Assembly: GCA_001773575.1 (NCBI GenBank)
Contig: MEXB01000008.1
Location: 2,141 to 66,140, forward strand
DNA: 64,000 bases
Reading direction: 5' to 3'
From: Candidatus Adlerbacteria bacterium RIFOXYC1_FULL_48_26
GTDB lineage: Bacteria; Patescibacteriota; Minisyncoccia; Phycocordibacterales; SBAW01
Positions 18,211 through 28,060 of the stretch are shown one piece after another. Within the stretch, counting starts at the first letter, position 1. Each line of letters starts with the position of its first letter. The notes below the pieces were generated by a model. It did no database searches and was not told where the DNA came from. It saw only the letters and a list, made by a program, of their open reading frames with translations. The position numbers and the translations under genes were made by a program.

Positions 18211-18624
18211 TTATACAAGGCGAGCCATCCGGTCTATAAACCAGAATTTTATCGTCATTACCAATAGTCCGGCTAGGATCATGGGGATCAAATTCTGTTC
18301 CCAGGCGAAATAGATAAACATAAAAAACACAGGCACGTTCAAAACATTTAGTAATGTTGGAAGATCTTTCTTAAATTTTTTTCCAGCTTTGTAATACACT
18401 TGTTCCCCGCGTACACCTCTACTCATCCAACTATCCACATTTTTCGGCTTTGGAAACAGCATAGGATTAACGATAAGCCAGATACCTGTTGCGCCAAGTA
18501 TCCACCAGTTATGTAGATATAACCCTGCGGCAAGTGCGGGCATGCTTAGAACGCGACTCCATCCGCTCCAAGGGTTTGCATGTCGTTCCCAAGTTTTTTC
18601 AGTAAGTATTGCCATATGTTTCAA
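18211..18624 (-). CDS. Hypothetical polytopic membrane protein
   Basis: Three to four predicted TM helices. No recognisable domain. Confidence 0.4.
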   Translation of the reverse strand: MKHMAILTEKTWERHANPWSGWSRVLSMPALAAGLYLHNWWILGATGIWLIVNPMLFPKPKNVDSWMSRGVRGEQVYYKAGKKFKKDLPTLLNVLNVPVFFMFIYFAWEQNLIPMILAGLLVMTIKFWFIDRMARLV

Positions 18625-18640
18625 CTTCCAGTTTCGTATA

Positions 18641-19195
18641 TTAAATACTACGAGCTAGTAATACTATGACCAGTATACCGAGAGAGTTAAGGACGAATGT
18701 AAGAGTTATAAATTGCCACAGCTTTATTCGAGACAGCCCCATAAGCGCTATACCTATCTCGTCTGGAAATGGAGACGCGATGATGATGGCTCCAATCACA
18801 GGAGCGAGCCACGCAAAGTACGGAGTTCCTAAAAGAGTAGTGATGTAGCCGCCCCCGTATCGACGGAACAGCGGTCGCAACTCTTCAAACACACCGTCTT
18901 TTAGAAAACGAAATATAAGTAAGTCTCCTATGACGGCCCCCATTCCTGCGCATATAGCTATAAGTCCGGGATTAAAATTTTGCGAAAGGTGAAACAACAC
19001 CACTGAAGCAGGTGCAACAGTAAATGTTGATACAAAAAATATTCCTGCTATCAATGCACCGAGATATCCGTAACTCCCAATTTCTTTTATAAGTGCGTGT
19101 GCTATGTCAGTATCTGAAACAAGAAAAAGAACGACGAGGCTCAGGATGAGCAGGCTCGTGTTTCTATACTTCCACTTGCGCGAAGTTTTTTTCAT
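18641..19195 (-). CDS. DedA / TVP38 (VTT-domain) family membrane protein
   Basis: Polytopic, with a G-x-x-x-G-rich re-entrant loop segment (AICAGMGAVIGDLLIF). Family-level guess. Confidence 0.45.
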   Translation of the reverse strand: MKKTSRKWKYRNTSLLILSLVVLFLVSDTDIAHALIKEIGSYGYLGALIAGIFFVSTFTVAPASVVLFHLSQNFNPGLIAICAGMGAVIGDLLIFRFLKDGVFEELRPLFRRYGGGYITTLLGTPYFAWLAPVIGAIIIASPFPDEIGIALMGLSRIKLWQFITLTFVLNSLGILVIVLLARSI

Positions 19196-19248
19196 CTCTT
19201 AAATTCTACCAGACCAAAACGAGCTGGGTGTGTGGTACGAAGTTGGAA

Positions 19249-19518
19249 CTAAGGACTTTCTAAGTAGTGTGTTAATTGCTTTTGTAAATATTTTCTACCC
19301 GAACCGCCTTTTAAAAATCTTTCTCTGCCTAGGGCGTCTTGTTTATTGAGATACGCCTCTGCATATATAAGTTTCCAAGAACCTTTTTCTTTAAGGGAAG
19401 TGGTACGCCCTCCTATTCCAGAATTATGTTCGAATAGGCGACGTTTAAGATTATTGGTTTGTCCTATGTACCAAGATTTATCATTTTGGTTTTCTAAAAG
19501 ATAAACGGTATGCATCAT
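19249..19518 (-). CDS. GIY-YIG nuclease-domain protein (stand-alone, ~89 aa)
   Basis: VYLLENQNDKSWYIGQTNNLKRRLFEHN contains GIY(-like VYL)..YIG and the R/E/N catalytic residues. The ORF-track N-terminal extension was rejected. Confidence 0.65.
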   Translation of the reverse strand: MMHTVYLLENQNDKSWYIGQTNNLKRRLFEHNSGIGGRTTSLKEKGSWKLIYAEAYLNKQDALGRERFLKGGSGRKYLQKQLTHYLESP

Positions 19519-19601
19519 GCATAAGGATACATATGTTAGATAGAGAAAAGATAAATTAGTGTGTGGCCCCGAAAAACTCGCTGCGCTCGTCTCGGGGCGC
19601 A

Positions 19602-19633
19602 CGAAAAACAAAAAGCCCTTCGGGGCTTTTTGT
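19602..19633. terminator. Bidirectional hairpin terminator (caaaaagccc ttcg gggctttttg)
   Basis: 10-bp stem with A/T tracts on both sides; lies between the GIY-YIG gene and tRNA-Gln. Confidence 0.55.
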
Positions 19634-19691
19634 GTCGTGACATGCCTATGTGGCCTGCCACGAGGAAAATAGCTTTGCTATTTTCTTTTCG

Positions 19692-19765
19692 TGGCTGCCC
19701 GACAGGGATTCGAACCCCAATTAACGGCTTCAAAGGCCGCTGTCCTACCATTAGACGATCGGGCA
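19692..19765 (-). tRNA. tRNA-Gln (anticodon TTG), CCA encoded, U1:A72, discriminator G
   Basis: The reverse complement folds with acceptor tgcccga/tcgggca, anticodon loop cuTTGaa and T-loop gttcgaatc. Confidence 0.9.
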
Positions 19766-19815
19766 ATACATCGCAAGGATAACAAATCTCTATAGTACGC
19801 GCTATACTTGAAGGT

Positions 19816-20520
19816 ATGAGTAGAACGCATTTTGAATCACACATAGGTGCTGGCTCTCGGCTCAATTGGCTACGCGCATCGGTGCTTGGCGCTCAAGACG
19901 GCGTAGTATCTGTTTCTTCTATTATTGTCGGTGTCGCTGGCGCCTCTGACTCTAGAGCTTTTATCTTAACTGCAGGTGCCGCAGGTCTTATCGCAGGCGC
20001 TCTCTCGATGGCGGCAGGGGAATATGTATCTGTTAGCACACAGCGCGACACAGAAAAAGCACTCCTTGAAAAGGAACGCGAAGAACTTGCAACACAACCA
20101 GAAGAAGAGCTCGAAGAACTCACAAAGATTTATGAATCAAAAGGTTTGAGTAGAGAAACTGCGCACAAGGTTGCAGAAGAATTAACCGCACACGATGCAT
20201 TTGCGGCGCACGTCGAAGCAGAGTTAAAAATAGATCAGCACGAGCTTGCTAACCCTCTACACGCAGCCTTTGCGTCTGCGGGCGCTTTCTTTGTGGGAGC
20301 AATCATCCCGCTTATCGTCGTGATATTCGCTCCTTCTGACTACCGCATCTCTTCTATGTTGGTGGCAGTATTCTTTGTCCTTATAATCACTGGCTTCTTG
20401 AGCGCGTATGCTGGCGGCGCCAATAAACTAAAGGCAATACTCCGTGTCTTGGCAGGAGGCGCGGTAGCGATGGCAGTTACCTTCATCGCAGGCAAGTTTT
20501 TGGGCGGACTTGGAATATAA
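19816..20520 (+). CDS. VIT1/CCC1-family iron/manganese transporter
   Basis: LRASVLGAQDGVVSVSSIIVGVAGA, a central acidic helix-rich loop (EELATQPEEELEEL) and C-terminal TM helices, as in the VIT family. Confidence 0.7.
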   Translation: MSRTHFESHIGAGSRLNWLRASVLGAQDGVVSVSSIIVGVAGASDSRAFILTAGAAGLIAGALSMAAGEYVSVSTQRDTEKALLEKEREELATQPEEELEELTKIYESKGLSRETAHKVAEELTAHDAFAAHVEAELKIDQHELANPLHAAFASAGAFFVGAIIPLIVVIFAPSDYRISSMLVAVFFVLIITGFLSAYAGGANKLKAILRVLAGGAVAMAVTFIAGKFLGGLGI

Positions 20521-20544
20521 GTTAAAGGCATTTATAATTGCGGT

Positions 20545-21120
20545 ATGGAAAACTCATTTAAAAAGTGGCTCACGTGGCCCGTCATTATTATTGTCGTCCT
20601 CGCACTCGTCCTCCTCTACGGATTGGCGAAATACAATGGTTTGGTTAAGGCAAATATTGCAGTAGACCAGCAGTGGGCGCAGGTAGAATCTCAATACCAA
20701 CGCCGCTTTGATCTTATCCCTAACCTCGTAAATTCAGTTAAGGGTGCGATGACACAAGAACAAACTGTGTTTAATGCAATAGCAGAGGCTCGCACTAAGT
20801 ATGCTGGCGCAACAACTCCAGAAGCACAGGCTCAAGCTGCTGGTCAGGTTGAAGGCTCATTGGCCCGCCTGCTTGTTGTGATGGAAAACTATCCTCAATT
20901 GAAATCTATTGATGCAGTACAGGGTTTGATGGCAGAACTTGCTGGTACAGAAAACCGCGTTGCAGTTGAGCGCATGCGTTACAACGATATGGTTGCAAGC
21001 TACAACATTGGCGTAAAGACCTTCCCAGGTTCGCTTATAGCGGGAATGTTCGGCTTCGATGCGCGTACACTCTTTGAAGCAACGGAAGGTTCAGAAACTC
21101 CTCCAACAGTAAACCTCTAA
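20545..21120 (+). CDS. LemA family protein
   Basis: N-terminal TM, YN.L......V...W..V..QY.RR.DLIPNLV, and the ENYP.LK.......L....EG.ENRI..AR..YN motif. Confidence 0.8.
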   Translation: MENSFKKWLTWPVIIIVVLALVLLYGLAKYNGLVKANIAVDQQWAQVESQYQRRFDLIPNLVNSVKGAMTQEQTVFNAIAEARTKYAGATTPEAQAQAAGQVEGSLARLLVVMENYPQLKSIDAVQGLMAELAGTENRVAVERMRYNDMVASYNIGVKTFPGSLIAGMFGFDARTLFEATEGSETPPTVNL

Positions 21121-21121
21121 T

Positions 21122-22003
21122 ATGAGAAACGGGCTCGCTATAGCGCTGGCACTAACCGCGGCGTTCTACGCTGGGCCCGTTTTTGCGTACTCGTCACCGG
21201 GTAACCCTACTGGCTATGTAAACGACTTCGCTCGTGTGCTTTCAGCAGACACGATCCAAAACCTCAATGCAGAACTGAGCGCGTTTGAAGCATCTACTTC
21301 GAACCAGATTGCTGTTGTCACCGTTCCAAATATGGGAGGCGACTATGTTGAGAACTATGCAGAAAAACTCTATCAAGAATGGGGTATAGGGCAAAAAGAT
21401 AGAGACAATGGCGTGCTTCTATTGCTCGCGATAGAAGAACATAAAATCCGAATTGAAGTCGGGTACGGCCTTGAAGGTGCACTGCCAGACAGCATTGCAC
21501 AAAGCATCATCAGTAATGATCTCACCCCAAATCTTAAAGAAGGGAAATTTGACGAAGGAGTAACGCAGGCGGTGCGCAATATCGAAGCCGCAACACAGAA
21601 TGAATATACGGCTGTAGAAAAAAAATCTAAATTTTCTTTTTCTGGTAATACAGTAGAAGTCATATTCTTCGTAGTCTTCTTTATGGTGCAGTGGATTGCT
21701 GCTGTCTTGGCTCGAAGCAAGTCATGGTGGGCCGGCGGCATTGTTGGTGGAGCTATTGCAGCGGGTATGTGGATTTTCTTCAGCATGATGCTGTTGTGGG
21801 GCGCACTATTGTTTGTTGGGCTCGCCGGCATTGGCTTCCTGCTCGACTACATAGTTTCGAAAAAATACACTGAAGCAAAAGATGCAGGTACTACCTTGCC
21901 ATGGTTTTTTGGCGGAGGAGGCGGTAGTGGAAATAGTGGCGGAGGCTTCGGAGGTTTTGGCGGCGGCTCGTCAGGTGGTGGTGGCTCATCCGGAGGTTGG
22001 TAA
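21122..22003 (+). CDS. TPM-domain protein (YgcG-like) with TM helices and a Gly-rich C-terminal tail
   Basis: Signal peptide, YV.D.A..L.........L......T..Q..VVTV, LL.....R..RIEVGYGLEG motifs of the TPM/TLP18.3 phosphatase domain. Gene pair with LemA. Confidence 0.75.
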   Translation: MRNGLAIALALTAAFYAGPVFAYSSPGNPTGYVNDFARVLSADTIQNLNAELSAFEASTSNQIAVVTVPNMGGDYVENYAEKLYQEWGIGQKDRDNGVLLLLAIEEHKIRIEVGYGLEGALPDSIAQSIISNDLTPNLKEGKFDEGVTQAVRNIEAATQNEYTAVEKKSKFSFSGNTVEVIFFVVFFMVQWIAAVLARSKSWWAGGIVGGAIAAGMWIFFSMMLLWGALLFVGLAGIGFLLDYIVSKKYTEAKDAGTTLPWFFGGGGGSGNSGGGFGGFGGGSSGGGGSSGGW

Positions 22004-22009
22004 AAAGAA

Positions 22010-22040
22010 AAGGCGATCCGAAGATCGCCTTTTGTATTTT
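22010..22040 (+). terminator. Rho-independent terminator after the LemA-TPM pair
   Basis: Stem aaggcgatc/gatcgcctt, loop cgaa, followed by TTGTATTTT. Confidence 0.55.
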
Positions 22041-22044
22041 GTCG

Positions 22045-22428
22045 TTACCGTATGGGTGAACCTGCCTGCCGCAGAACAGCTTCGTCGAGCGCCATCTTCA
22101 GCTGCAGTCTTCCCCAGGGCTTCAAAAGAAACAGGGCATTCAGTTTAAGCGTTTCTGCCTCGATGGCGCTGCCTGACTGGATGATGACAGGGATGTCCTG
22201 GATTTCTTTGTAGAAAGGATCCGTGCGGATCTTCCTTGCCACGTCCAGACCGCGCATGTCGGACCCGGTGTCGTTGTCGGTCAAAATCAGGTCGAAGGTG
22301 TTGCGACCCAATTCCACCAAAAGATCCTCTGCTTTGTCGACCGCCACCACTGTGTGGCCAAACTTGCCAAGCAGCGTAATCACTGCCTCGCGAATCTCCT
22401 GCTCGTCCTCTGCAAATAGCACGCGCAC
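22045..22428 (-). CDS. Orphan response-regulator receiver (CheY-like) domain protein
   Basis: Acidic pocket (EDE.., LILTD phospho-acceptor Asp), VIIQSG, and the conserved Lys in LLKP. No output domain and no kinase nearby. GC-rich. Confidence 0.65.
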   Translation of the reverse strand: MRVLFAEDEQEIREAVITLLGKFGHTVVAVDKAEDLLVELGRNTFDLILTDNDTGSDMRGLDVARKIRTDPFYKEIQDIPVIIQSGSAIEAETLKLNALFLLKPWGRLQLKMALDEAVLRQAGSPIR

Positions 22429-22525
22429 AGCTTTCTCCCATGTAAAGAACCGACGATAACTATCATAATAACATATTTTACTAGTTTAGTCCAGTGGTCA
22501 AAACCTTTGATATAATCGGAAACAT

Positions 22526-23170
22526 ATGTGGAAAGTTGTTTTAGGATTTTCGGGAGCAATTCTCGCACTTAGTGGTGGGTACTGGTATTTATCAGGAACA
22601 CCTCCCGTGCAACAGCCTGGCGCAGCGCAGGCAACAAGCACCGTGCGCGTCGCATCTACTACAGAGCCTAACGTTATTAAAGACCAACCTATGACTGTCA
22701 CACTACACACAAACAAGGGCAATATTTCAATAATGCTCTTCGCAACTATTGCACCTAATACTGTGGCGAACTTTACAAAACTCGCGGGCGAAGGCTTCTA
22801 TGATGGAGTAAAATTCCATCGCGTTATAGAAGGCTTTATGGACCAAGCTGGCGACCCTCTTACAAAAGATGATTCACAAAAGGCGCGATGGGGAACAGGC
22901 GGTCCTGGCTACACCATCCCTGACGAAATTTCAGCAAATATGGGTAACCTTGCAGGCACGATAGCAATGGCAAACACTGGTCAGCCAAATTCTGCTGGAA
23001 GCCAATTCTTTATCAACGTAGTCGACAACCACTTCCTTGATGGCAAATACACCGTGTTTGGCAAAGTTACAGAAGGTATGGACGTTGTTGAGGCAATCAA
23101 TAAAGTAAAGACAGCAAACGAGCGACCTTTGGAGCCTGTGATAATCAACAGTGTTAGCCTGACGCAATAG
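22526..23170 (+). CDS. Cyclophilin-type peptidyl-prolyl cis-trans isomerase with N-terminal membrane anchor
   Basis: FHRVIEGFM.QAGDP, GT.AMAN.G.PNS.GSQFFI, GKVTEGMDVV — cyclophilin signature blocks. Confidence 0.85.
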   Translation: MWKVVLGFSGAILALSGGYWYLSGTPPVQQPGAAQATSTVRVASTTEPNVIKDQPMTVTLHTNKGNISIMLFATIAPNTVANFTKLAGEGFYDGVKFHRVIEGFMDQAGDPLTKDDSQKARWGTGGPGYTIPDEISANMGNLAGTIAMANTGQPNSAGSQFFINVVDNHFLDGKYTVFGKVTEGMDVVEAINKVKTANERPLEPVIINSVSLTQ

Positions 23171-23172
23171 TT

Positions 23173-23904
23173 GTGAAGACTCTGTTTTTCGTCGTACTCA
23201 TCCTAATGCTTGCGGCAGCCCCGCTTACGTATTGGGGTTGTGTGTTTCTTCAGAAATACCAGATATCTCGTGCGTTGATAGCAAACACGACTCCGTATAC
23301 ACAGCTAAGCAATAACTACTCAAAAACACTGCTTGTCTTAGGCGACAGTACAGGGGTAGGAGTCGGTGCTATGCGCCCAGAAGACTCAGTTGCTGGCCGC
23401 CTCGCCGCTTCTGTGGGTGCAAGCTATGTAGAAAACCGGGCAGTGTCAGGCGCTGTCGTTGCAGATATAGCAGAACAATTTGCATCTGCGACATTAACGA
23501 AATACGACATTATCTTAATTCAGGTTGGAGGTAACGATATAGTGCGTTTTCATAATCCAAAAGCGATGGCTGAAAAATTATCGCCCAGTATCCATAAGGC
23601 GGTTGCGCACAGCGGTAAAACAATTTTAATGTCTGCAGGAAATGTGGGGGCTACGACAAATTTCCCAGAACCTATGCGTCCTTTCTATACAAAACTCACT
23701 TTAAAATTTCATGACGCCTTCAGTGCTATGGCAGACAAAGAGGGTGCTGTGTATGTCAATTTGTATGAATCACCCAAGAGTGATCCCTTCCGTGCCGATC
23801 CTGACACGTACCTAGCAATAGATGGTTTCCACCCCTCATCAGAAGGGTACGGGTTGTGGTTTGAGCGTCTAGAGGCTACAGTGCAAGAACATGAAGCAAA
23901 ATAA
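23173..23904 (+). CDS. SGNH/GDSL hydrolase family protein (GTG start)
   Basis: Block I LVLGDSTGVG. A block III GGND-like motif (QVGGNDI). A DGFHPS block V with catalytic His. Confidence 0.6.
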   Translation: MKTLFFVVLILMLAAAPLTYWGCVFLQKYQISRALIANTTPYTQLSNNYSKTLLVLGDSTGVGVGAMRPEDSVAGRLAASVGASYVENRAVSGAVVADIAEQFASATLTKYDIILIQVGGNDIVRFHNPKAMAEKLSPSIHKAVAHSGKTILMSAGNVGATTNFPEPMRPFYTKLTLKFHDAFSAMADKEGAVYVNLYESPKSDPFRADPDTYLAIDGFHPSSEGYGLWFERLEATVQEHEAK

Positions 23905-24616
23905 GATCTATATATATGGACGCCACGCGCTTACAGAGGCGCTTAGGAACGTTCCACTAGCTGTGCGTCACGTCTACTTTGCGAAGGAGATGAAAGACGG
24001 AACCCTAAGACGGCTTGCACAGCAAAGCGGTTTGCCTGTAGAGATACTCGACCCTCGCAAGGCAACATCATGGGTTGAACGCAATGCTCCGCATCAAGGT
24101 GCAGTGGCTCTTATCTCGCTTTCAAACATTTTGATTCCATATGAAAAATGGCAGCCTGCTGACACATCAAAACCTTTGGTGCTTCTCAATGAGGTTATAG
24201 ACCCACAAAACGTTGGGGCGGTTATTCGTTCAGCTGCTGCGTTTGGTGCAGGCGCTGTGCTTATGCCAACGGTAAAGCAAGCACCTATCAGTGGTGCGGT
24301 TATTAAAGCGTCCGCTGGTCTGGCGTTTACTGTACCGCTTGTGTCTATTTCAAACTTACAGCAAACAATTTCTGATCTAAAAAAGAAGGGCTACCGTGTC
24401 TACGGTTTGGCGGGCGAGGGTAAAAACCCACTCCACACAGAACCATTTGATAAACCAGTAGTGTTTATTATGGGTAATGAAGCTCAAGGGTTAGGAAAAG
24501 TTATGCAGCTTTGCGATAAAGTTATTTCTATTCCGATTGAACCAAACGCAGAGTCTCTCAATGTTGCAGCTGCGGCAGCTATTACGCTCTACCAATGGCA
24601 CACGAAGAATCGCTAA
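23891..24616 (+). CDS. SpoU/TrmH-family RNA 2'-O-methyltransferase (RlmB-like)
   Basis: LNEVIDPQNVGAVIRSAAAFGA, FIMGNEAQGL and the SLNVAAAAAI SPOUT knot motifs. Confidence 0.75.
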   Translation: MKQNKIYIYGRHALTEALRNVPLAVRHVYFAKEMKDGTLRRLAQQSGLPVEILDPRKATSWVERNAPHQGAVALISLSNILIPYEKWQPADTSKPLVLLNEVIDPQNVGAVIRSAAAFGAGAVLMPTVKQAPISGAVIKASAGLAFTVPLVSISNLQQTISDLKKKGYRVYGLAGEGKNPLHTEPFDKPVVFIMGNEAQGLGKVMQLCDKVISIPIEPNAESLNVAAAAAITLYQWHTKNR

Positions 24617-25263
24617 AGGTTTTAAAAAAAGATAAACGCTTTGCTGGGCTTATAAAAAAGCACGGCGCGCCGGTTTTGAATGAGAGGGGAAATCCTTTTC
24701 AATCTCTTGTGCGTTCTATTATCTATCAGCAAGTGACTGGGAAGGCTGCTGCAACCATACTTGCTCGTTTCGAGGCGCTGTTTGCAGGCCCCGCAAAAAA
24801 GAGCGGGGTAAACAAAAAATTTCCTACACCTGAGGAGGTGCTTGCCATGCCGCTACAGAAGATGCGCGATGCAGGGCTTTCGTCACAGAAGTCTTCGTAT
24901 ATAAAAGACTTGGCCGAGAAATTTGTAGACGGCACTGTCCAACACAAGAAATTTAAAAAGATGACCAACGAGGAGGTGATAGTGCATGTCACCGCCGTAA
25001 AAGGGATAGGGGTTTGGACTGCACATATGTTTTTAATGTTCACGCTCGGACGTCTCGATGTGCTTCCAACGGGAGACTTGGGCATTCAAAAAGGATTCCA
25101 AGTTCTCTATGGTCTTAAAAAACTTCCAACCCATGAACAGATGGAAAAGCTCGCTAAAGAGTGGCGACCTCATGCATCTGTTGCGTCATGGTATCTATGG
25201 CGTGTAGCTGATGAAGCAAAACCTCAAAAGAAAATTACGAAGAAGAAAAAGCTTTCAAAATAA
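24595..25263 (+). CDS. HhH-GPD family DNA glycosylase (AlkA-like 3-methyladenine glycosylase II)
   Basis: LVRSIIYQQV....A, the helix-hairpin-helix region VKGIGVWTA.MFL with the following Asp (LPTGD). Confidence 0.65.
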   Translation: MAHEESLKVLKKDKRFAGLIKKHGAPVLNERGNPFQSLVRSIIYQQVTGKAAATILARFEALFAGPAKKSGVNKKFPTPEEVLAMPLQKMRDAGLSSQKSSYIKDLAEKFVDGTVQHKKFKKMTNEEVIVHVTAVKGIGVWTAHMFLMFTLGRLDVLPTGDLGIQKGFQVLYGLKKLPTHEQMEKLAKEWRPHASVASWYLWRVADEAKPQKKITKKKKLSK

Positions 25264-25287
25264 GCAAAAATACGCTACCTTATAGCG

Positions 25288-26757
25288 ATGGCTAAGGGCG
25301 ATACTATAGTTCGGTTCGAGGAGGTGTCTTTTGACTTCGGACCAAAAAAGAAAATCCTTGATGAGGTGTCTTTCAACGTACGTCGTGGAGGCAAGATTAC
25401 ACTCATGGGGCAGAACGGTGCAGGTAAGAGCACCTTGTTCAAATTGCTTACAGGCGAACTTGATTTGGATTCATCAGATACAGCTGAAGGAGACATTATC
25501 GTCGAAGAGGGAATGAGCGTGGCAACAGCTCGCCAAGTTATCCCTCGCCCCGACCTGGAACTCACCATCCGTGATTTTTTCCAGAATATGTTTTCAGAGA
25601 AAAAGTACGATATCGACCCACGTATCGACAAGGTGCTTGATGCAGTAAATCTGAGCATTCCAGACCATGACCGTATCGTTAAATCATTCTCAGGTGGACA
25701 GCAGGCGCGCCTCCTTTTGGCATCTGCGCTTATTCAGGATCCAGACCTTCTGCTTTTGGACGAACCGACAAACAATCTCGACAAGGCTGGTATCGACCAC
25801 CTCAAGAAATTCCTCCAGGAATACAAGAAGACAGTTATTGTCATTTCTCACGATGCAGAATTCCTAAACTCATTTACACAGGGAGTTCTTTACTTGGACG
25901 TACATACACACAAGGTGGAGCAGTACGTCGGTAACTACTTTGACGTAGTGAAGGAAATCACAATACGTATTGAAAAAGAAAATCGCGCTAACGCCCTTCT
26001 TGCGAAGCAAATTCAAGATAATAAAGACAAAGCAAACTTCTTTGCAAACAAGGGAGGTCAGATGCGTATGGTGGCAAAGCGCATGCGCGAGAAAGCAGAA
26101 GAACTTGAAGAGGAAATTGTTGATGTTCGTAAAGAAGATCGCACCATTGCTCCCTTTGTCATTCCATCACAGCCAGACTTGATCGGCGACATTCTCACCG
26201 TCACCAGCTTCAAGACAATAAAGAATGGTAAGGAAACAAAGCGTAAGGCGGAGATAAAACTTAAGAGAAACCAGCACCTGCTTCTCCGAGGCCCTAACGG
26301 TATTGGTAAAACGACGCTACTTGAAAGTATTGTTAACGGCACCGCAGAAGGAACAACTATTCTTGAGGGCACTCGTGTGGGCTATTACCGCCAAGACTTT
26401 TCTAACTTGGATTTTGATAAAACTGTCTACCAAGAGCTCGGTGCAGTAATGGAGAAACTTATTGAAGAAGATCTGCGCCGTATGGCTGCACGGTTCTTAA
26501 TAACCGGCGACCTTGTCTATGCAAAGATCGGAAATCTCTCAGAAGGACAGAAGGGTCTTGTTGCCTTTGCGCGCTTGATGTTGCTCCGCCCGGGTCTTCT
26601 TATCCTCGACGAACCAACCAACCATATAAACTTCCGCCACATTCCTGTTATTGCTGAAGCTCTCAATAAATACGAGGGTGCAATGGTGCTCGTCTCCCAC
26701 GTCCCAGAATTCGTAGAGAAAATTCGTATGGACGAAGTTCTAGATTTGGATAAATAG
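25288..26757 (+). CDS. ABC-F family ATPase (two tandem ABC domains, no TM domain)
   Basis: Two Walker A motifs (GQNGAGKST; GPNGIGKTT), two signature motifs (SFSGGQQ; LSEGQKG), two Walker B motifs (LLLDEPTN; LILDEPTN) and a linker. Confidence 0.8.
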   Translation: MAKGDTIVRFEEVSFDFGPKKKILDEVSFNVRRGGKITLMGQNGAGKSTLFKLLTGELDLDSSDTAEGDIIVEEGMSVATARQVIPRPDLELTIRDFFQNMFSEKKYDIDPRIDKVLDAVNLSIPDHDRIVKSFSGGQQARLLLASALIQDPDLLLLDEPTNNLDKAGIDHLKKFLQEYKKTVIVISHDAEFLNSFTQGVLYLDVHTHKVEQYVGNYFDVVKEITIRIEKENRANALLAKQIQDNKDKANFFANKGGQMRMVAKRMREKAEELEEEIVDVRKEDRTIAPFVIPSQPDLIGDILTVTSFKTIKNGKETKRKAEIKLKRNQHLLLRGPNGIGKTTLLESIVNGTAEGTTILEGTRVGYYRQDFSNLDFDKTVYQELGAVMEKLIEEDLRRMAARFLITGDLVYAKIGNLSEGQKGLVAFARLMLLRPGLLILDEPTNHINFRHIPVIAEALNKYEGAMVLVSHVPEFVEKIRMDEVLDLDK

Positions 26758-26758
26758 A

Positions 26759-28015
26759 TTACTTCGCTGCGTGTGTGCCAGCTACGTGGCCTGTGGTCCA
26801 ACATAGTTGCAGGCTGTAGCCGCCTGAAGGTCTGTTCACGTTCAATATATCTCCTATGAGATAGAGGTTAGGGAAAAGGCGCGACTGCATCGTTTTAAAA
26901 TCTACTTCTTCGAGTACAACGCCGCCCGAGGTGATGACCGCTTTGTCCATTCCTTGTAACTTGGTTACTTCCATAGAAGCATGTTTGAGTACTTTCATAA
27001 GCAAAAGACGTACCTCGCGAGTAACGCTGTTGCATGGCGTTTCGCCGTCTATCTCTACTTCGGCCAAGAGTACGGGAACAGCGGCTGTTGGTAGTATGTC
27101 AGCCAAACTATTTTTAAGTTTCTTCTTATCGTTTGCTACAAAAATTTCTTGGAGCTTGGTGTTGAGTGCGTCGTAGGCAAGAGTTGGGCAAAAATCAATT
27201 TCCAGTACAACTTCTCCATACTTCAAAAGCTCGCCTATATCGCGGCTCATATTTAAAATAGCAGGACCACTAACGCCAACGTGGGTGAAGAGCAATTTTC
27301 CAACTTTAGAATCTTGCTTTACGTCGTTTTGGAATACACTGATTTTTACTTCTGGAACGCTCACGCCTGCGAGTTTTTTTACCCAGGCATCTTTAACTTC
27401 TACTGGCACCAGAGCAGCATTTGTTCCAGTAATGCTATGGCCGATAGCTTTGAGCCACTCATACCCATCGCCGGTTGAACCTGTTTCCGGACGCGACTTG
27501 CCTCCTGTTGCCAGGATAAACTTCTTTGCTTGGACTTCTTTTTTATTTTTAAGTATTACAGAAAGAATCTGCCCGTCTTTTGTTGTAACGCCTACGACAG
27601 GGGAATTTGAAAGTACCGTTACAGAATATTTTTTAAGGTCTGATACCAATACATCCCATACCGACTGCGCTGTATTGCTTGCTGGAAATACACGCAGAAG
27701 AGCTTCCTCTTTTGTATCCATGCCGTGGGAGTAGAAAAAGTTAAGAGTTTCTTTAGTGGCCCACTGAGAAAAGGCTGAGAAAAGGAACTTGTCACTGCCT
27801 TTGAATTTGGCTAGGAGTTTCCGCACATCCTCTTCTGCGTTGCAGACATTGCAGCGCCCGCCACCGGTTATAAGGAGCTTTTTGCCAAGGGTGGGGTTCT
27901 TCTCAATAAGAATAACCTTGGCGCCAAGTTCGGCTGCACGAATAGCTGCCATCATGCCGGCGGGGCCGCCTCCTATAACGCACACGTCCCATATCTGTTC
28001 GGCCGGGCTTTTCAT
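26759..28015 (-). CDS. HI0933-family FAD-dependent flavoprotein (BaiN / aminoacetone-oxidase-like)
   Basis: Dinucleotide-binding GGGPAG; GGGRCNV; C-terminal ..LYLIGDILNVNRPSGGYSL.. typical of the family. Confidence 0.75.
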   Translation of the reverse strand: MKSPAEQIWDVCVIGGGPAGMMAAIRAAELGAKVILIEKNPTLGKKLLITGGGRCNVCNAEEDVRKLLAKFKGSDKFLFSAFSQWATKETLNFFYSHGMDTKEEALLRVFPASNTAQSVWDVLVSDLKKYSVTVLSNSPVVGVTTKDGQILSVILKNKKEVQAKKFILATGGKSRPETGSTGDGYEWLKAIGHSITGTNAALVPVEVKDAWVKKLAGVSVPEVKISVFQNDVKQDSKVGKLLFTHVGVSGPAILNMSRDIGELLKYGEVVLEIDFCPTLAYDALNTKLQEIFVANDKKKLKNSLADILPTAAVPVLLAEVEIDGETPCNSVTREVRLLLMKVLKHASMEVTKLQGMDKAVITSGGVVLEEVDFKTMQSRLFPNLYLIGDILNVNRPSGGYSLQLCWTTGHVAGTHAAK

Positions 28016-28060
28016 GAACGCATGCTAGCACGTTAGCCTCTGACTTTATATACTCTATGA

